The translations under genes and the position numbers were made by a program. Below the pieces are notes generated by a model that was not told where the DNA came from, searched no databases, and saw nothing but the letters and a program-made list of their open reading frames with translations. From Terriglobia bacterium (GTDB taxonomy: Bacteria; Acidobacteriota; Terriglobia; JAJPHL01; JAPKYU01), in contig CBDCVK010000002.1 of assembly GCA_965223005.1 (NCBI GenBank), positions 64,001 to 128,000 on the forward strand: a stretch of DNA of 64,000 nt, in the 5' to 3' direction. This document shows, in pieces, positions 9,721-20,460 of the stretch. Position 1 is the first letter of the stretch. Each line of letters begins with the position of its first letter.

Positions 9721-10833
9721 ATGTTATCCGTGTTTTCGTGCCCTAGTCGTTACACGCAGGGAAAGAACGCTACGCGGGTGCTTGGTCAGGAAATGGGTGC
9801 TCTTGGTCTCGAGGGTCCAGCCCTGATCTTAGCCGGCAAAACGGCCGTCAGAATGCTGTTGGACACGTGGCGCAAGACCCTGGGCGATGCAGGCATCTCC
9901 TTTGAGATACACCAGTTCGGCGGAGAATGTTCCCTTGCCGAAATTGAGCGAATTAAGAATTCGGCAAAAAAAATGAATGGGCGAGTCATCATTGCCGCTG
10001 GAGGAGGAAAAGCTCTCGATGCCGGCCGGGCCGCGGCTGCCGATCTGGAGTTGCCGGTGGTCAACTGCCCCACGATTGCCTCGAGCGATGCTCCCTGCAG
10101 TGCATTGTCCGTGGTTTACACCGAAGAGGGAGTCTTTTACCAATATCGCTTCTATCGCAGGAATCCCGATTTGGTATTGGTCGATACCACTGTGATTGCG
10201 CGAAGTCCGGTCCGGCTCCTCGTAGCTGGAATGGGCGATGCCCTGGCCACGATGTTTGAGGCCAGGACCTGCGTAGAGGGATCTGTCAAGAATATGCGGG
10301 GCGGTGGATCGACTCAGAGCGCTCTGGCTCTGGCCGAGCTTTGCTATCGCACTTTACTAAACGACGGGGCGGATGCGAGGCTTGCCGTCGAAAGCCAAGC
10401 CGTCACTCCGGCTCTTGAACGATTGGTGGAAGCCAACACTTTGCTGTCAGGGTTGGGCTTTGAATCGTCGGGCCTGGCAGCGGCGCACGCCATCCATAAT
10501 GGGTTGACAGCAGCTCCTGCAACCCACTCTTTTTTCCACGGCGAAAAAGTTGCTTTCGGAACCCTGGTGCAGCTGGTCATGGAAGGCAAGCCTCAAAAGC
10601 TGATAGAAGAAGTGCTCAGCTTCTCTACAAGTGTCAGACTACCCATCACCCTGGCAGAGGTTGGACTGAAGGACGCGCCACTGGACATGCTCGAACAGGT
10701 CGCAGTCCGCGCTACGGCGAAAGGAGAAACGATCCACAATGAACCGTTCGACGTCAGTCCTGACATGGTGACAGACGGGATGCTGGCTGCAGATGCGATC
10801 GGCCGGGCTTGGAAGGAGAACAAGAAACAGTAA
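9721..10833 (+). CDS. gldA: glycerol dehydrogenase
   Basis: PSRYTQG, GGGKALD, PTIASSDAPCSALSV, GLAAAHAIHNGLT, HGEKVAFG; GAGGAG RBS. Confidence 0.93.
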   Translation: MLSVFSCPSRYTQGKNATRVLGQEMGALGLEGPALILAGKTAVRMLLDTWRKTLGDAGISFEIHQFGGECSLAEIERIKNSAKKMNGRVIIAAGGGKALDAGRAAAADLELPVVNCPTIASSDAPCSALSVVYTEEGVFYQYRFYRRNPDLVLVDTTVIARSPVRLLVAGMGDALATMFEARTCVEGSVKNMRGGGSTQSALALAELCYRTLLNDGADARLAVESQAVTPALERLVEANTLLSGLGFESSGLAAAHAIHNGLTAAPATHSFFHGEKVAFGTLVQLVMEGKPQKLIEEVLSFSTSVRLPITLAEVGLKDAPLDMLEQVAVRATAKGETIHNEPFDVSPDMVTDGMLAADAIGRAWKENKKQ

Positions 10834-10945
10834 ACGATTTAGCGCTTTGCTGATGACTCCCCCGGACACTAACTGGGGATGAGGCTGATTTCGATTCCCG
10901 CTTGGTTGAGGCTGCTAACGTCGGGTGCTATGATGTACCATCGTT

Positions 10946-13900
10946 ATGTCGCTGTTTTGGAGACGCGCAGCCCTTCGTTCCAAGCCCCGCAGTTCCTTGT
11001 GGATCGCCGCTGCCTTGGCGCTCCTTCTGTTTCCCCTCGTCGCTCGCAGCACCCCCGTCCCTGGGGCCGAAGATAGAAAGCCCGACCCCCAGTCCGTCGA
11101 GTCGTTTGAGAAGCAGATTCGCCCTATCCTTGCGAAGCACTGCTTCTCATGCCACGGGGACTCACAGCAATTTTCCGAGCTCCGGCTCGATTCCCGCGAC
11201 CACATTTTGAAGGGCGGAAATAAGGGCCCCGCGATTGTCGCCGGCCGTGCCGCAGACAGCTTGCTGGTAAAGGCCATTCGCCACGAGGGCCTCAAGATGC
11301 CGATGGGCGGCAGCAAGCTCAAGGACGAAGAGATTGCAGCCATCGAGAAATGGATCAACCTGGGCGCTCCTTGGCCTGAGGAAGTGGCTGAAGGCACGTT
11401 GGGACCTGGCGATTCCGGTTTCTATGAAAAGATCGCAAACGAGCACTGGGCCTTTCAGCCGGTGCGCGAACCGAAGCCGCCGGTGGTCAAGGACACCTCT
11501 TGGTCCGACCATTCGGCAGACCGCTTCATCCTGGCGGCACTGGAAAAGGCAGGGCTGAAACCTTCCCCACCGGCCGACCGGAAGACGCTCATCCGGCGCT
11601 TGAGTTTCGTTTTAACAGGCCTCCCTCCTTCTCCCCTAGAGGTCGATCTGTTCGAGCGCGACCAGTCTCCCGGCGCCTACCAGAGGCTGGTCGACCGCCT
11701 GCTGGCGTCGCCTCATTTCGGCGAACACTGGGCCCGTCACTGGATGGATGTAATGCGGTTTGCCGAAACCCTTGGCAACGACTGGAACTACGAACTGCAC
11801 GGCGCATGGATTTACCGCGACTACCTGATTCGGGCGTTCAACCAGGATCTCCCCTACGACCAGTTCATCCGCGAGCATTTTGCCGGTGACCTGCTCGAAA
11901 ATCCGCGTGTCAACCGAGAAGAGGGGATCAACGAATCAGAAATCGGCACGGCTTTCTTCCGCCTTGGCGAGCAAGGCCACGATGACTGCACCGCCTTCCG
12001 GGAGGTCCGAACGGACGTCGTCGACAATCAGATCGACACGTTGGGCAAGGCGTTCCAGGGACTCACCATCGCGTGCGCGCGCTGCCATGACCATAAGCTC
12101 GACCCAATCCCCACCGCCGACTACTATGCCCTTTACGGAGTGCTGACCAGCTCGCGCCTGGTGACGCGAACCGCCGACCTGCCCGAAGTCCACAAAGCCC
12201 TCAAGCAGCAGTTGCGGGATATGAAGCCGAGCATTCGCGCCGAGCTGGCCCGGCGGTGGATCCTCGAAACTGAAACGGTGCCCCGCTACCTGCTGGCCGC
12301 CCACAGGGCATGGAAGGGCCTTCCCCCGGAAGTGAAGGACCTCAACGAGCTGTCCATGGACCGGATTCAGGCCTGGCTGAGTCTGCTTGAAAAACCCAAG
12401 CCAGAAATGGAAGACCCCCTCTATCCCTGGATTCAGGTGGCGCAGTCAACGGCCGACAACCGCTTCGCCGAGTGGCAGAAGCTGGCCGCTCGCTACGTTG
12501 AAGAGGGCCGCTCGCGCGCCGCTTTCAATCGCGAGAGCTTTCGCCCTTTCGGCGATTTCTACCTCGGCGGATTTGGAAGCGGGCTCGGTGGATTTGGAGG
12601 CTGGCACGCTGATGGAAACGTGTTGACCGATGGTCTGTCGCCGAGCGGCGAATTCGCCGTGGCCAGCAGCGGGCCGAAAGCGGTCACCGGCGTCTTCCCC
12701 GCCGGCGTCTACACCCACGCGCTCTCGGAGCGTCTGAATGGTGCTCTCCGCTCACCCTTCGTTCCCAAAAACAAGAAGTTCGTGAGCATTCGGGTCGTGG
12801 GTGGCAAGCTCGGCGCACGCCGCACCATCCTCGACAATTGCATGCTCAGCGAGGCCTACGAGGTTCTGGACCAGGATTCTCTAGGTTGGGTTAAGATCGC
12901 GAATCGCAACGAGCAGAAAGCCCTACCTTTCTACATCGAGCTCGTCACCAAGCCAGACAACCCACGCATCCCGGATCGTCCCAAGCGCTTGAAGGCCTCG
13001 GAGGAGCAAGTGGCCTCGCCGTTCTCCTACTTCGGCATCACCCGCGCCGTCCTGCATGAGGTCGACGAGACGCCGAAGGCTAAACTTACCCATATGGGGC
13101 GGCTCTTCGCAAGCGAGGCTCCCGCAAACCTCGCCACGCTTGCTCAGCGCTATGCTGCCGTCGCGCGCCAGGCGCTGTCGGCATGGGCCGAAGGCCAAGC
13201 CTCTGACGAGGATGCCCGGTGGATCAACTGGCTGCTGCAGAACCGGCTCCTCACCAATTCGAAAGGCCTCAGCCCGCAGATCCGTACGCTGATCGATGAG
13301 TACCGCGCCGTCGAGTCCCGCATTACGCCGCCGCGCGTCTTTCATGGCATGGCGGACCTCGGCGCCGGGTACGACTTTCCGGTATTGCCCGGTGGCGATG
13401 CCCGCCATCCCGGGAAGCCTGTGCCGCGCGGCTTTCTGCAGCTCATCAGCAACTCCAATGGCGGGTTCAAGGTTTTTGGCAGCGGCCGACGTGAACTAGC
13501 CGAACTCATCGCCAGCCCTGACAATCCGCTCACGGCGCGCGTCGTGGTCAACCGCATCTGGCAGCACCTCTTCGGGCGCGGGATCGTAACGACAGCAGAT
13601 AACTTCGGCACCTACGGTGAGCCTCCATCGCATCCCGAACTGCTCGATTATTTGGCGGCGCGCTTCGTCCACGACGGCTGGTCCGTCAAGAAGCTCATCC
13701 GCTTCCTCGTGCTTTCCAAGAGCTTTCGGCAATCAAGCCGGTACTCCCCAGAAGCAATGGTCGCGGATCCGTTGAATCGGCTGCTGTCCCGCTACCCGGC
13801 ACGCCGCCTCGAAGCAGAATCCATCCGGGACGCCATCCTCACCGTCTCGGGTCGTCTCGACCGCACGCTCTATGGGCCGAGCACTCACCCCCACCGCGAG

Positions 13901-14356
13901 CAGCCCAAAGACTACCGTAAACTCCACCAGGGTCCTCTCGATGGCAATGGCAGGCGCAGCATTTACCTGAAAGTGACCCGCCACGAGGGCGCGCGTTTCC
14001 TTGAAATTTTCGACTTTCCCAATCCCACGGTGACGCGGGGGACCCGCGACGTGACCAACGTGCCGCCACAGGCACTGGCGCTGATGAACGATCCCTTCGT
14101 GGTCGACCAGGCGGGTGTCTGGGCGGACCGCCTCCTGGTCCAGACCGGATCCATCGAAGGACGCATCGAGGCAATGTTTCGCACCGCGTTAGGCCGACTT
14201 CCGGACGCTGCTGAAGCCGAGAGATTTCGTGAGCTGGCCAAAGAGCTGGCAAGCCAACATAAAGTGAAGGATGACAAGGTGCTCGAGAACAGGGATGTCT
14301 GGAAGGACGTGGCTCATGCAGTGTTTAACTTGAAGGAATTCCTGTATACTCGGTAG
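10946..14356 (+). CDS. planctomycete cytochrome c plus DUF1549/DUF1553 (PSD1) protein
   Basis: Signal peptide; CFSCH and CARCHDHK; [44 protein letters not shown]. Confidence 0.9.
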   Translation: MSLFWRRAALRSKPRSSLWIAAALALLLFPLVARSTPVPGAEDRKPDPQSVESFEKQIRPILAKHCFSCHGDSQQFSELRLDSRDHILKGGNKGPAIVAGRAADSLLVKAIRHEGLKMPMGGSKLKDEEIAAIEKWINLGAPWPEEVAEGTLGPGDSGFYEKIANEHWAFQPVREPKPPVVKDTSWSDHSADRFILAALEKAGLKPSPPADRKTLIRRLSFVLTGLPPSPLEVDLFERDQSPGAYQRLVDRLLASPHFGEHWARHWMDVMRFAETLGNDWNYELHGAWIYRDYLIRAFNQDLPYDQFIREHFAGDLLENPRVNREEGINESEIGTAFFRLGEQGHDDCTAFREVRTDVVDNQIDTLGKAFQGLTIACARCHDHKLDPIPTADYYALYGVLTSSRLVTRTADLPEVHKALKQQLRDMKPSIRAELARRWILETETVPRYLLAAHRAWKGLPPEVKDLNELSMDRIQAWLSLLEKPKPEMEDPLYPWIQVAQSTADNRFAEWQKLAARYVEEGRSRAAFNRESFRPFGDFYLGGFGSGLGGFGGWHADGNVLTDGLSPSGEFAVASSGPKAVTGVFPAGVYTHALSERLNGALRSPFVPKNKKFVSIRVVGGKLGARRTILDNCMLSEAYEVLDQDSLGWVKIANRNEQKALPFYIELVTKPDNPRIPDRPKRLKASEEQVASPFSYFGITRAVLHEVDETPKAKLTHMGRLFASEAPANLATLAQRYAAVARQALSAWAEGQASDEDARWINWLLQNRLLTNSKGLSPQIRTLIDEYRAVESRITPPRVFHGMADLGAGYDFPVLPGGDARHPGKPVPRGFLQLISNSNGGFKVFGSGRRELAELIASPDNPLTARVVVNRIWQHLFGRGIVTTADNFGTYGEPPSHPELLDYLAARFVHDGWSVKKLIRFLVLSKSFRQSSRYSPEAMVADPLNRLLSRYPARRLEAESIRDAILTVSGRLDRTLYGPSTHPHREQPKDYRKLHQGPLDGNGRRSIYLKVTRHEGARFLEIFDFPNPTVTRGTRDVTNVPPQALALMNDPFVVDQAGVWADRLLVQTGSIEGRIEAMFRTALGRLPDAAEAERFRELAKELASQHKVKDDKVLENRDVWKDVAHAVFNLKEFLYTR

Positions 14357-14373
14357 ATAAAGCAGGAGCCGCA

Positions 14374-15819
14374 ATGGCTACGAAGAAGAACAACCATAGC
14401 GGGTGCCCCGGATGCCTCCGGACGCCGCTCACACGCAGGGACGCCCTGAAAGTTGCCTCGAACGGATTCGGCATGCTGGCGCTCTCGGCCCTGATGGCTG
14501 AGGAGACCTATGCGGGTCTCGCCAATCACAAGGGACCACACTTCGCGCCCAAGGCCAAGAATATCGTCTTCTTGTACATGCCTGGCGCGGTCTCGCATGT
14601 CGACACGTTCGATCCCAAGCCGAAGCTGGCGGAACTGGACGGGAAGCTGTTCGAGGGCGTCTTCCAGCCTGGAGCCAAGAGGGAGACGAATCGCAAGTGG
14701 ATGAAGAGCCCCTGGAAATTCAATCAATATGGCCAGGCCGGGATCCCCGTCAGCGATTTGTTTCCCCACCTTGCCACCTGCGTCGATGATCTCGCCATCA
14801 TCCGCTCCATGGTCTCGGGCTTCCCCCTCCATCCTCGTGGCAATCTGCTCATGCACACCGGGCGCACTGTAGGTGGGTATCCAAGCCTTGGCTCTTGGGT
14901 CAGCTATGCGTTGGGAAGCGAGAACGAGAACCTCCCCGGCTACGTTTTGCTGCACGGGGGCGCGGTTCCCCCTGGAGGACTCGAGAACTTCTCCAATGGC
15001 TTCTTGCCTGCTTCGCACCAGGCGATGCCCATGCAGGCCGAGGGCACACCGGTCGAAAACCTAGAGCCGGCCGACAAGGAACCCAAGGTGCAGCGTACCA
15101 AGCTGGATGCCGTACGCCAGCAAGATCGCCAGTTTCTTGCTTCCCTCGGCTCCGATGACGCCATCGATGCCGCCATCCGAAATTACGAGCTGGCCTACCG
15201 GATGCAGTCGCTCGTTCCCGATGTTCTGGACCTCGACAAAGAGAGCGAGGCGACCAAGCGCCTCTACGGACTCGACGCTTCAGACAAGAACAAGCGATTC
15301 TATGGGTTGCAGTGCCTTCGGGCCCGCAGGCTCATTGAAGCCGGCGTCCGCTTTGTCGAAATCACCTGCCCGGAAGCTTATGGCGGCAACAACGGGACCT
15401 GGGATCAGCACACTGAACTGAAGAAAGGGCATGAGGGCAATGCTCTCATGACCGATCAGAGCGCGGCGGCACTGCTGAAGGATCTGAAGGCGAGAGGCAT
15501 GCTGCAGGAGACGCTGGTCGTCTGGGCAACCGAGTTCGGGCGCACTCCTCATACTGGCAACGGCCATGGCCGGGATCATCACGAGACCGCCTTTTCGATC
15601 TGGATGGCGGGCGGCGGCGTCAAGGGCGGCGTCATCCACGGCGCCACCGATGAGACCGGGATGCACGCGGTCGAAAATATCACGGCCGTCCAGGACGCGC
15701 ATGCCACCATCCTTCACTTACTCGGTCTTGATCACGAGCGACTCATCTACCGTTTCGGCGGCCGCGATGTCAGCCTCACGGATGTGCACGGCCGCGTGAT
15801 CCGCGAGATTCTGAGCTAA
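14374..15819 (+). CDS. DUF1501 domain protein (Tat-exported)
   Basis: LTRRDAL Tat motif; SHVDTFDPKP, WDQH, TEFGRTP, GRDH. Confidence 0.92.
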   Translation: MATKKNNHSGCPGCLRTPLTRRDALKVASNGFGMLALSALMAEETYAGLANHKGPHFAPKAKNIVFLYMPGAVSHVDTFDPKPKLAELDGKLFEGVFQPGAKRETNRKWMKSPWKFNQYGQAGIPVSDLFPHLATCVDDLAIIRSMVSGFPLHPRGNLLMHTGRTVGGYPSLGSWVSYALGSENENLPGYVLLHGGAVPPGGLENFSNGFLPASHQAMPMQAEGTPVENLEPADKEPKVQRTKLDAVRQQDRQFLASLGSDDAIDAAIRNYELAYRMQSLVPDVLDLDKESEATKRLYGLDASDKNKRFYGLQCLRARRLIEAGVRFVEITCPEAYGGNNGTWDQHTELKKGHEGNALMTDQSAAALLKDLKARGMLQETLVVWATEFGRTPHTGNGHGRDHHETAFSIWMAGGGVKGGVIHGATDETGMHAVENITAVQDAHATILHLLGLDHERLIYRFGGRDVSLTDVHGRVIREILS

Positions 15820-15835
15820 ACCAGTTCGCGGCGCC

Positions 15836-16372
15836 ATGCGTAACCGTATTTCGGTGGCGGATTACAACGCGGATTGGGCTTTCAAAGAGCGTTTTCAGGA
15901 ACCGAGAGCCAGGGCAGGCTACCTCACCCCCGAAGAGATCGTTCGGTTCTATGGCACTTTAGGCGTAGATGGTCTCGACCTCACGCACTTTTGCTGGGAG
16001 AAGTGTTCGCCTGCGTATGTAAAAACCCTCGCCGCCGACTCCGGTTTACGTATCATCTGCTACATCTTCCTGGTTGATCTGGTCCTGCCGTCGAGAGACC
16101 GTAAGGCTGCGCTCGGCACTGCTTTTTCCCTACTGGATCGGACCGCGGAACTGGGTGCTTCGCTGGCGATGATCATACCGGGTTGGGTCAAGGAAAACGT
16201 CCCGCTGCAGGAACAGCGTAGCTGGCTGGTCGAGGGGCTTCGTGAATGCGCCAACCATGCCAAGTCACTGGGTGTGATGCTCGCCATCGAAAACCTGGAC
16301 GACGATTGGGGTCGTCCCCTGATGGGCCGAGGTTCTCAGTGCCGTGAGATCTGCACGCAAGTCGATTCTCCC
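15836..16372 (+). pseudogene. sugar phosphate isomerase/epimerase (xylose isomerase-like TIM barrel), 3'-truncated
   Basis: LAIENL and VDSP motifs; the family pattern ends at about 16372, where it abuts the antisense of another gene. Confidence 0.75.
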
Positions 16373-16476
16373 CCAATCACGGCGAATGGAATCGCGAATA
16401 CGGCTGAGAAAAGCAGGTACATAACACCTGAAACCTTCGCTGTCTGCAGGATACCGAACGATTTTATCTGTTGCAT
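16368..16476 (-). pseudogene. small membrane protein, N-terminal fragment
   Basis: AAGGAG RBS then MQQIKSFGILQTAKVSGVMYLLFSAVFAIPFAVIGG; truncated at the junction with the convergent gene. Confidence 0.6.
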
Positions 16477-16649
16477 GGCAAGCTCCTTAGCAGGGATTGT
16501 GTTCAAGCGATACTCGGTCCCAGACCACCGGGTTGTCAAGTGCTCTTCGTTTATAGATCTTTGGGTCTCCTTAATGCCCACAAGTAATTCTATATAAACA
16601 ACTTACTTTCGGTTGGTTATTGGGAGAACGGGAAAGGATCTCCCGCCCC

Positions 16650-16692
16650 AAAAGCAAATCCGCCTCCAGACTTGCGTCTGGAGGCGGATTTT
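16650..16692 (-). terminator. intrinsic terminator of the TonB receptor gene
   Basis: Perfect 16-bp stem AAATCCGCCTCCAGAC / GTCTGGAGGCGGATTT with a GCAA loop on the minus strand and T-rich tails. Confidence 0.85.
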
Positions 16693-16707
16693 GTGTGTGG
16701 ATAGGAG

Positions 16708-19700
16708 TTAGAAGTTGATCTTCAGCCCCATCTGTCCAACGCGAGGTTGCAGTCCCAAGCCGCCAACTTGGCCAAAGTCAGGATTGGCCACATTGACGCC
16801 CGGACCACCGAACCGCACCCGGTTGAGGATGTTGAAGAACTCGAGCCGCCATTCGATATTCACGCTTTCCGTGATATTGGTTCGCTTGATCAGCCCGACG
16901 TTCTCGTTGTAGAACGAGAAATGCCTGGCGTTGCTCAGGATCGAAGGCGCGTTGCCGAAGGTATTCGGCTCGGGAATCTCAAAAGCACTTCGGTTGAGGT
17001 ATGAGGTGACTCCGATTTCGAAATTGTCGGTGGACCCTGCCACCGGATTCGCTCCCGCCACCACGTTGGGAAGGGCGCGGCGAGTAAACAGGCCCACGGT
17101 GTTGGGCGTGAGCACCGAGAGCGGATTTCCCGACTGGTAGTTGACAATCCCGGTGATCTGCCAGCCGCCTAGTATCTTGGCCGTCGCCCCGGTCGTCCCG
17201 CCGCCTAGCAGCTTTCCGGGACCGAACGGCAATTGATACATGAACCCTGCGACAAATCGCGCCGTAAGATCGGAAGGCGAAAGCGCCTTTTCCAGTTGCC
17301 GGTTATAGTGGTCCCGCGCCGATGGCGAAAAGAACGCGCCCCAATTCGAATCCGAGTCGGTTAGGTGCTTTTGCCAGCGGAACGAACTCAGCAGGTATAG
17401 ACCCCGCGTGAGCCGTCTCTCGACCTTCGCCTGGAACGAGTGGAAGGTTGAGTTTCCGATGCCGACCGCGTCAAAATTGTCCCCTCCGATATCCCCAACG
17501 GTCCCGACAATGGCGTACTGTGGGTAGGGCCGCAAGGACTGGCCCAGGGTGCCCGTGAATCCTGCGTAGGGAGGCGAGAAGCCCTCCGCCGCCAGAAGAG
17601 CAGCGTCGTCTGTAAAGTTCCGGCCGAGCAGGGGACCCAGCCCGAGGAAGCTCGGATTGAGCTGGTTTTGAGCAAACATCCCGCTGTTCAGCCGGGTTCC
17701 CTTGTTGGCCACATAGGCGAGGTCAATGAGCCAGTTGCCGGGCAACTGATGCTGAATATTGAAGGTCCATTCCTGCCTGTAGGGCTTACGGTGGGTATCG
17801 TGGAACTCCCAGGCGCGGCTGCCATTGGCGAAGGCCGGATCGATAAACGGAGGCCGAAAATAGGTTGGAAACCCCACCGCACCCCAATTGAAGGCCGCCG
17901 TGAGGCCGTTATCGGGCGATATGAGAGTGGGCGAGGCCTCAAAGCCTAGCCCCGAGCGCCGCATGTTCCCAGCCTGGTCGATCAGAGTGCCAAAGTAGTT
18001 GAGCCCGTATCCGACACGCACTACCGTGTTCGGCAAAACCCTCCAGGCGAGGCCGAGGCGCGGAGCAAAGTTGGTGTAAGACACCTGGTCCGCGCCGAGA
18101 ATACGGCTCTTTCCAGTGCGGCCCGCGCCATCACCAGCAAAGATCAGCGCACCAGGCCGTCCGCCGGCGCCGGGATTGGGCAGGTTGAGATCCAGGATCG
18201 ACCAGTTATCATTCCTCTCCGTCATCGGGAAGAACGCATCCCATCTCACACCCAGGTTCATAGTGAGGGTGGGGGTGATCTTGATGTCATCCTGGAAAAA
18301 CAGTCCGAGAATTGAACTCCGGGCTTGCGATAGGTCGTTGGTAAACGCCGGGTCAAGCAGCCCACCACGGTCCACGTCGCCTAACAGGTAGCTCCCGAAA
18401 TCAAAGCCCGTTTGGCCCGGGAACGCAGGATGCGAAGTCTCGGTCCGCGCGAACGCGAAGCGGCCGTTGGTGGGAGCCGAAAACTGATCCGTCTGGTTGT
18501 TGCGGTAGTCCATACCGATCTTCATGTTGTGCTTACCGCGAATCACAGTCAGGGTGTCGTTAAAAACGAACAGGTCCTGAAAGAACTTGGTCAGCGTATC
18601 GATCGAACCCCCCGAGCCGCTAATCTCAGCATAGGAGCTGAATGTGATGTGGGGGAACGCGCCGTCATGAATGCCGGTGAAGGGCGCCTGGCCCTGTGGG
18701 CCCCGGGTCGGGAACCCCAGCCTGTCAGCCCACCCATCGCCATGGCCCAGGACCTGGAACGATTCAAACTGCCGATTGTAGCCGCCCGACAAACGATTGG
18801 TCACCGTCGGCGTGATCATGATGTCCCAGGCAGAGCGGAAGTGGCCCTCGTTGAGACCCCCCCGCGTCGACCTGCCGTGCGGGAAGGGGATGGCATGCAG
18901 GGATAACCTGGGGTTGGGATGGTAGTTGATCATAATGTAGAAATTCTGCCGATCAGTAATCCGGAAATCTGCTCGCGTGGTCCATTTCAAGTTCTTAGCC
19001 TTCGGCGAGCTTGTAGACAGATAATTATTGAAGTCGCCTGGGCCTGTCGGAGCGGCCAGAAAAGCATTGATGTTCTTCGATACTTGACTGATCCGGTCCG
19101 ATGGGATGATGTTTCCCGGGAACGGGTCGCGCGTGAACCCGCCTAGCCCGTCGTCGCGGGTGGTTGCCGGATCAAAGACCTGGTTCGCCCGGATGCCAGG
19201 CGCGACCTCAGCACCCAGCAGCGAAGAAAGATCGCCGCTCTTGACGGCGGCAGTCGGCACCGAAAGAAAGTCGCTGCCTCCCTCATCACTGCGTCGGAAC
19301 CAGTTGATATTGACAAAGCCGAAGAGCCGATCCTTGATGACAGGGCCACCCGCACTCAGTCCAAACTCGTTCCAGCGCCGCTTCGGGGCCCTTGGTTGGG
19401 TGAAACCGCTCGCGTCGAGGTAGTCGTTGCGCCAGAAATAATACAGGTTGCCGTGAAGCTCATTGGTTCCGGACTTTGTGACGAATTTTGCCGTACCACC
19501 ACCGGAGTTGGTCTCCGCCGAGGCGGTGCTGGACGAAAGCGAGGCTTCCTGAACTGCTTCCGGCGCCATGCTCAATTCATTGGTGCTTTGCATCGCACCC
19601 GGCCCCACATGCAACGTCAGGCCGTCCAGGTTCTGTTCCAGCGACCCAAACTGGCCACCATTGATTCTCTGGTAGAAGGTAGAGCCGGGATTGCTTCGGA

Positions 19701-20232
19701 CATCACCCTCAGGTCTATACGCGCCGCCCGCAGAGGCGCCCGGCGCCAGGAAAATGAAACTTATCGGCCGCCGGCCGCTGCCCCCAACCTCAATCGGGAG
19801 ATCGGTCAACACGACTTGAGGAAGGACGGTCCCGACCTCGGTGGTCTCGGTTCGCAGTTGTGGCGCCGCCGCCGTCACCTCCACGCTTTCGGCCACCGCG
19901 CCCAGTTCCAGCGTGAAGTCTAAGCCCACCACAGCACCCACATTGACTTCGACACCGTCTGCCACTGCGCGCTTGAAGCCGGTCAGCTCCACCGACACGA
20001 CGTAGGTCCCCGGCACGAGTTGCGCAACGTTGTAAAGGCCGGAGCCGCTCGTCGATGTAGCCGTATCGGCGCCTGTGCCCGTGTTGGTGACTGTGACTGT
20101 GGCTCCGGGGACTGCCGCTCCCGTGGGATCGAGCACCGTTCCCCGAATTATTCCGCGATCGCCCTGGGCCTGCAAGTTCAGCGCGAATGCCAGCACGAAA
20201 ACCAAAACACTGATGGCGAGTTTCTTCGTCAT
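16708..20232 (-). CDS. Oar-like TonB-dependent receptor with carboxypeptidase regulatory-like N-domain
   Basis: Signal peptide; GTVLDPTGAAVPGATVTV; TKSGTNELHG; C-terminal QMGLKINF. Confidence 0.92.
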   Translation of the reverse strand: MTKKLAISVLVFVLAFALNLQAQGDRGIIRGTVLDPTGAAVPGATVTVTNTGTGADTATSTSGSGLYNVAQLVPGTYVVSVELTGFKRAVADGVEVNVGAVVGLDFTLELGAVAESVEVTAAAPQLRTETTEVGTVLPQVVLTDLPIEVGGSGRRPISFIFLAPGASAGGAYRPEGDVRSNPGSTFYQRINGGQFGSLEQNLDGLTLHVGPGAMQSTNELSMAPEAVQEASLSSSTASAETNSGGGTAKFVTKSGTNELHGNLYYFWRNDYLDASGFTQPRAPKRRWNEFGLSAGGPVIKDRLFGFVNINWFRRSDEGGSDFLSVPTAAVKSGDLSSLLGAEVAPGIRANQVFDPATTRDDGLGGFTRDPFPGNIIPSDRISQVSKNINAFLAAPTGPGDFNNYLSTSSPKAKNLKWTTRADFRITDRQNFYIMINYHPNPRLSLHAIPFPHGRSTRGGLNEGHFRSAWDIMITPTVTNRLSGGYNRQFESFQVLGHGDGWADRLGFPTRGPQGQAPFTGIHDGAFPHITFSSYAEISGSGGSIDTLTKFFQDLFVFNDTLTVIRGKHNMKIGMDYRNNQTDQFSAPTNGRFAFARTETSHPAFPGQTGFDFGSYLLGDVDRGGLLDPAFTNDLSQARSSILGLFFQDDIKITPTLTMNLGVRWDAFFPMTERNDNWSILDLNLPNPGAGGRPGALIFAGDGAGRTGKSRILGADQVSYTNFAPRLGLAWRVLPNTVVRVGYGLNYFGTLIDQAGNMRRSGLGFEASPTLISPDNGLTAAFNWGAVGFPTYFRPPFIDPAFANGSRAWEFHDTHRKPYRQEWTFNIQHQLPGNWLIDLAYVANKGTRLNSGMFAQNQLNPSFLGLGPLLGRNFTDDAALLAAEGFSPPYAGFTGTLGQSLRPYPQYAIVGTVGDIGGDNFDAVGIGNSTFHSFQAKVERRLTRGLYLLSSFRWQKHLTDSDSNWGAFFSPSARDHYNRQLEKALSPSDLTARFVAGFMYQLPFGPGKLLGGGTTGATAKILGGWQITGIVNYQSGNPLSVLTPNTVGLFTRRALPNVVAGANPVAGSTDNFEIGVTSYLNRSAFEIPEPNTFGNAPSILSNARHFSFYNENVGLIKRTNITESVNIEWRLEFFNILNRVRFGGPGVNVANPDFGQVGGLGLQPRVGQMGLKINF

Positions 20233-20297
20233 GACCTTCTTCTCATCCTCTTTTGGCGTTAAGTTCAAATATTGCTACACCACCTGACCGCGCGAGT

Positions 20298-20327
20298 ATG
20301 GTAGGGGAGCCATGTTTTCACTGTCAA
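20298..20327 (-). promoter_or_regulatory. sigma70-type promoter for the TonB receptor gene
   Basis: TTGACA-18 nt-TACCAT on the minus strand, about 65 bp upstream of the ATG. Confidence 0.55.
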
Positions 20328-20460
20328 GTGTTTTTTCTTAAGTGTTCTGGAGCCTTCAGTACCACCATCTGGCAATGCCCCGGCGCTCTCACGCACACCG
20401 CTACCAAAGCATTTACTTTAAGTTGCTTAAGTCTACATCAAGACTACTCCTCAGGTCAGG

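Noticed and set aside
16590-16610. AAACAACTTA and TAAGTTG motifs (also near 20420 and 29703) as Xer/dif-like sites
   Set aside because: Only half-site resemblance; no complete 28-bp dif structure is visible
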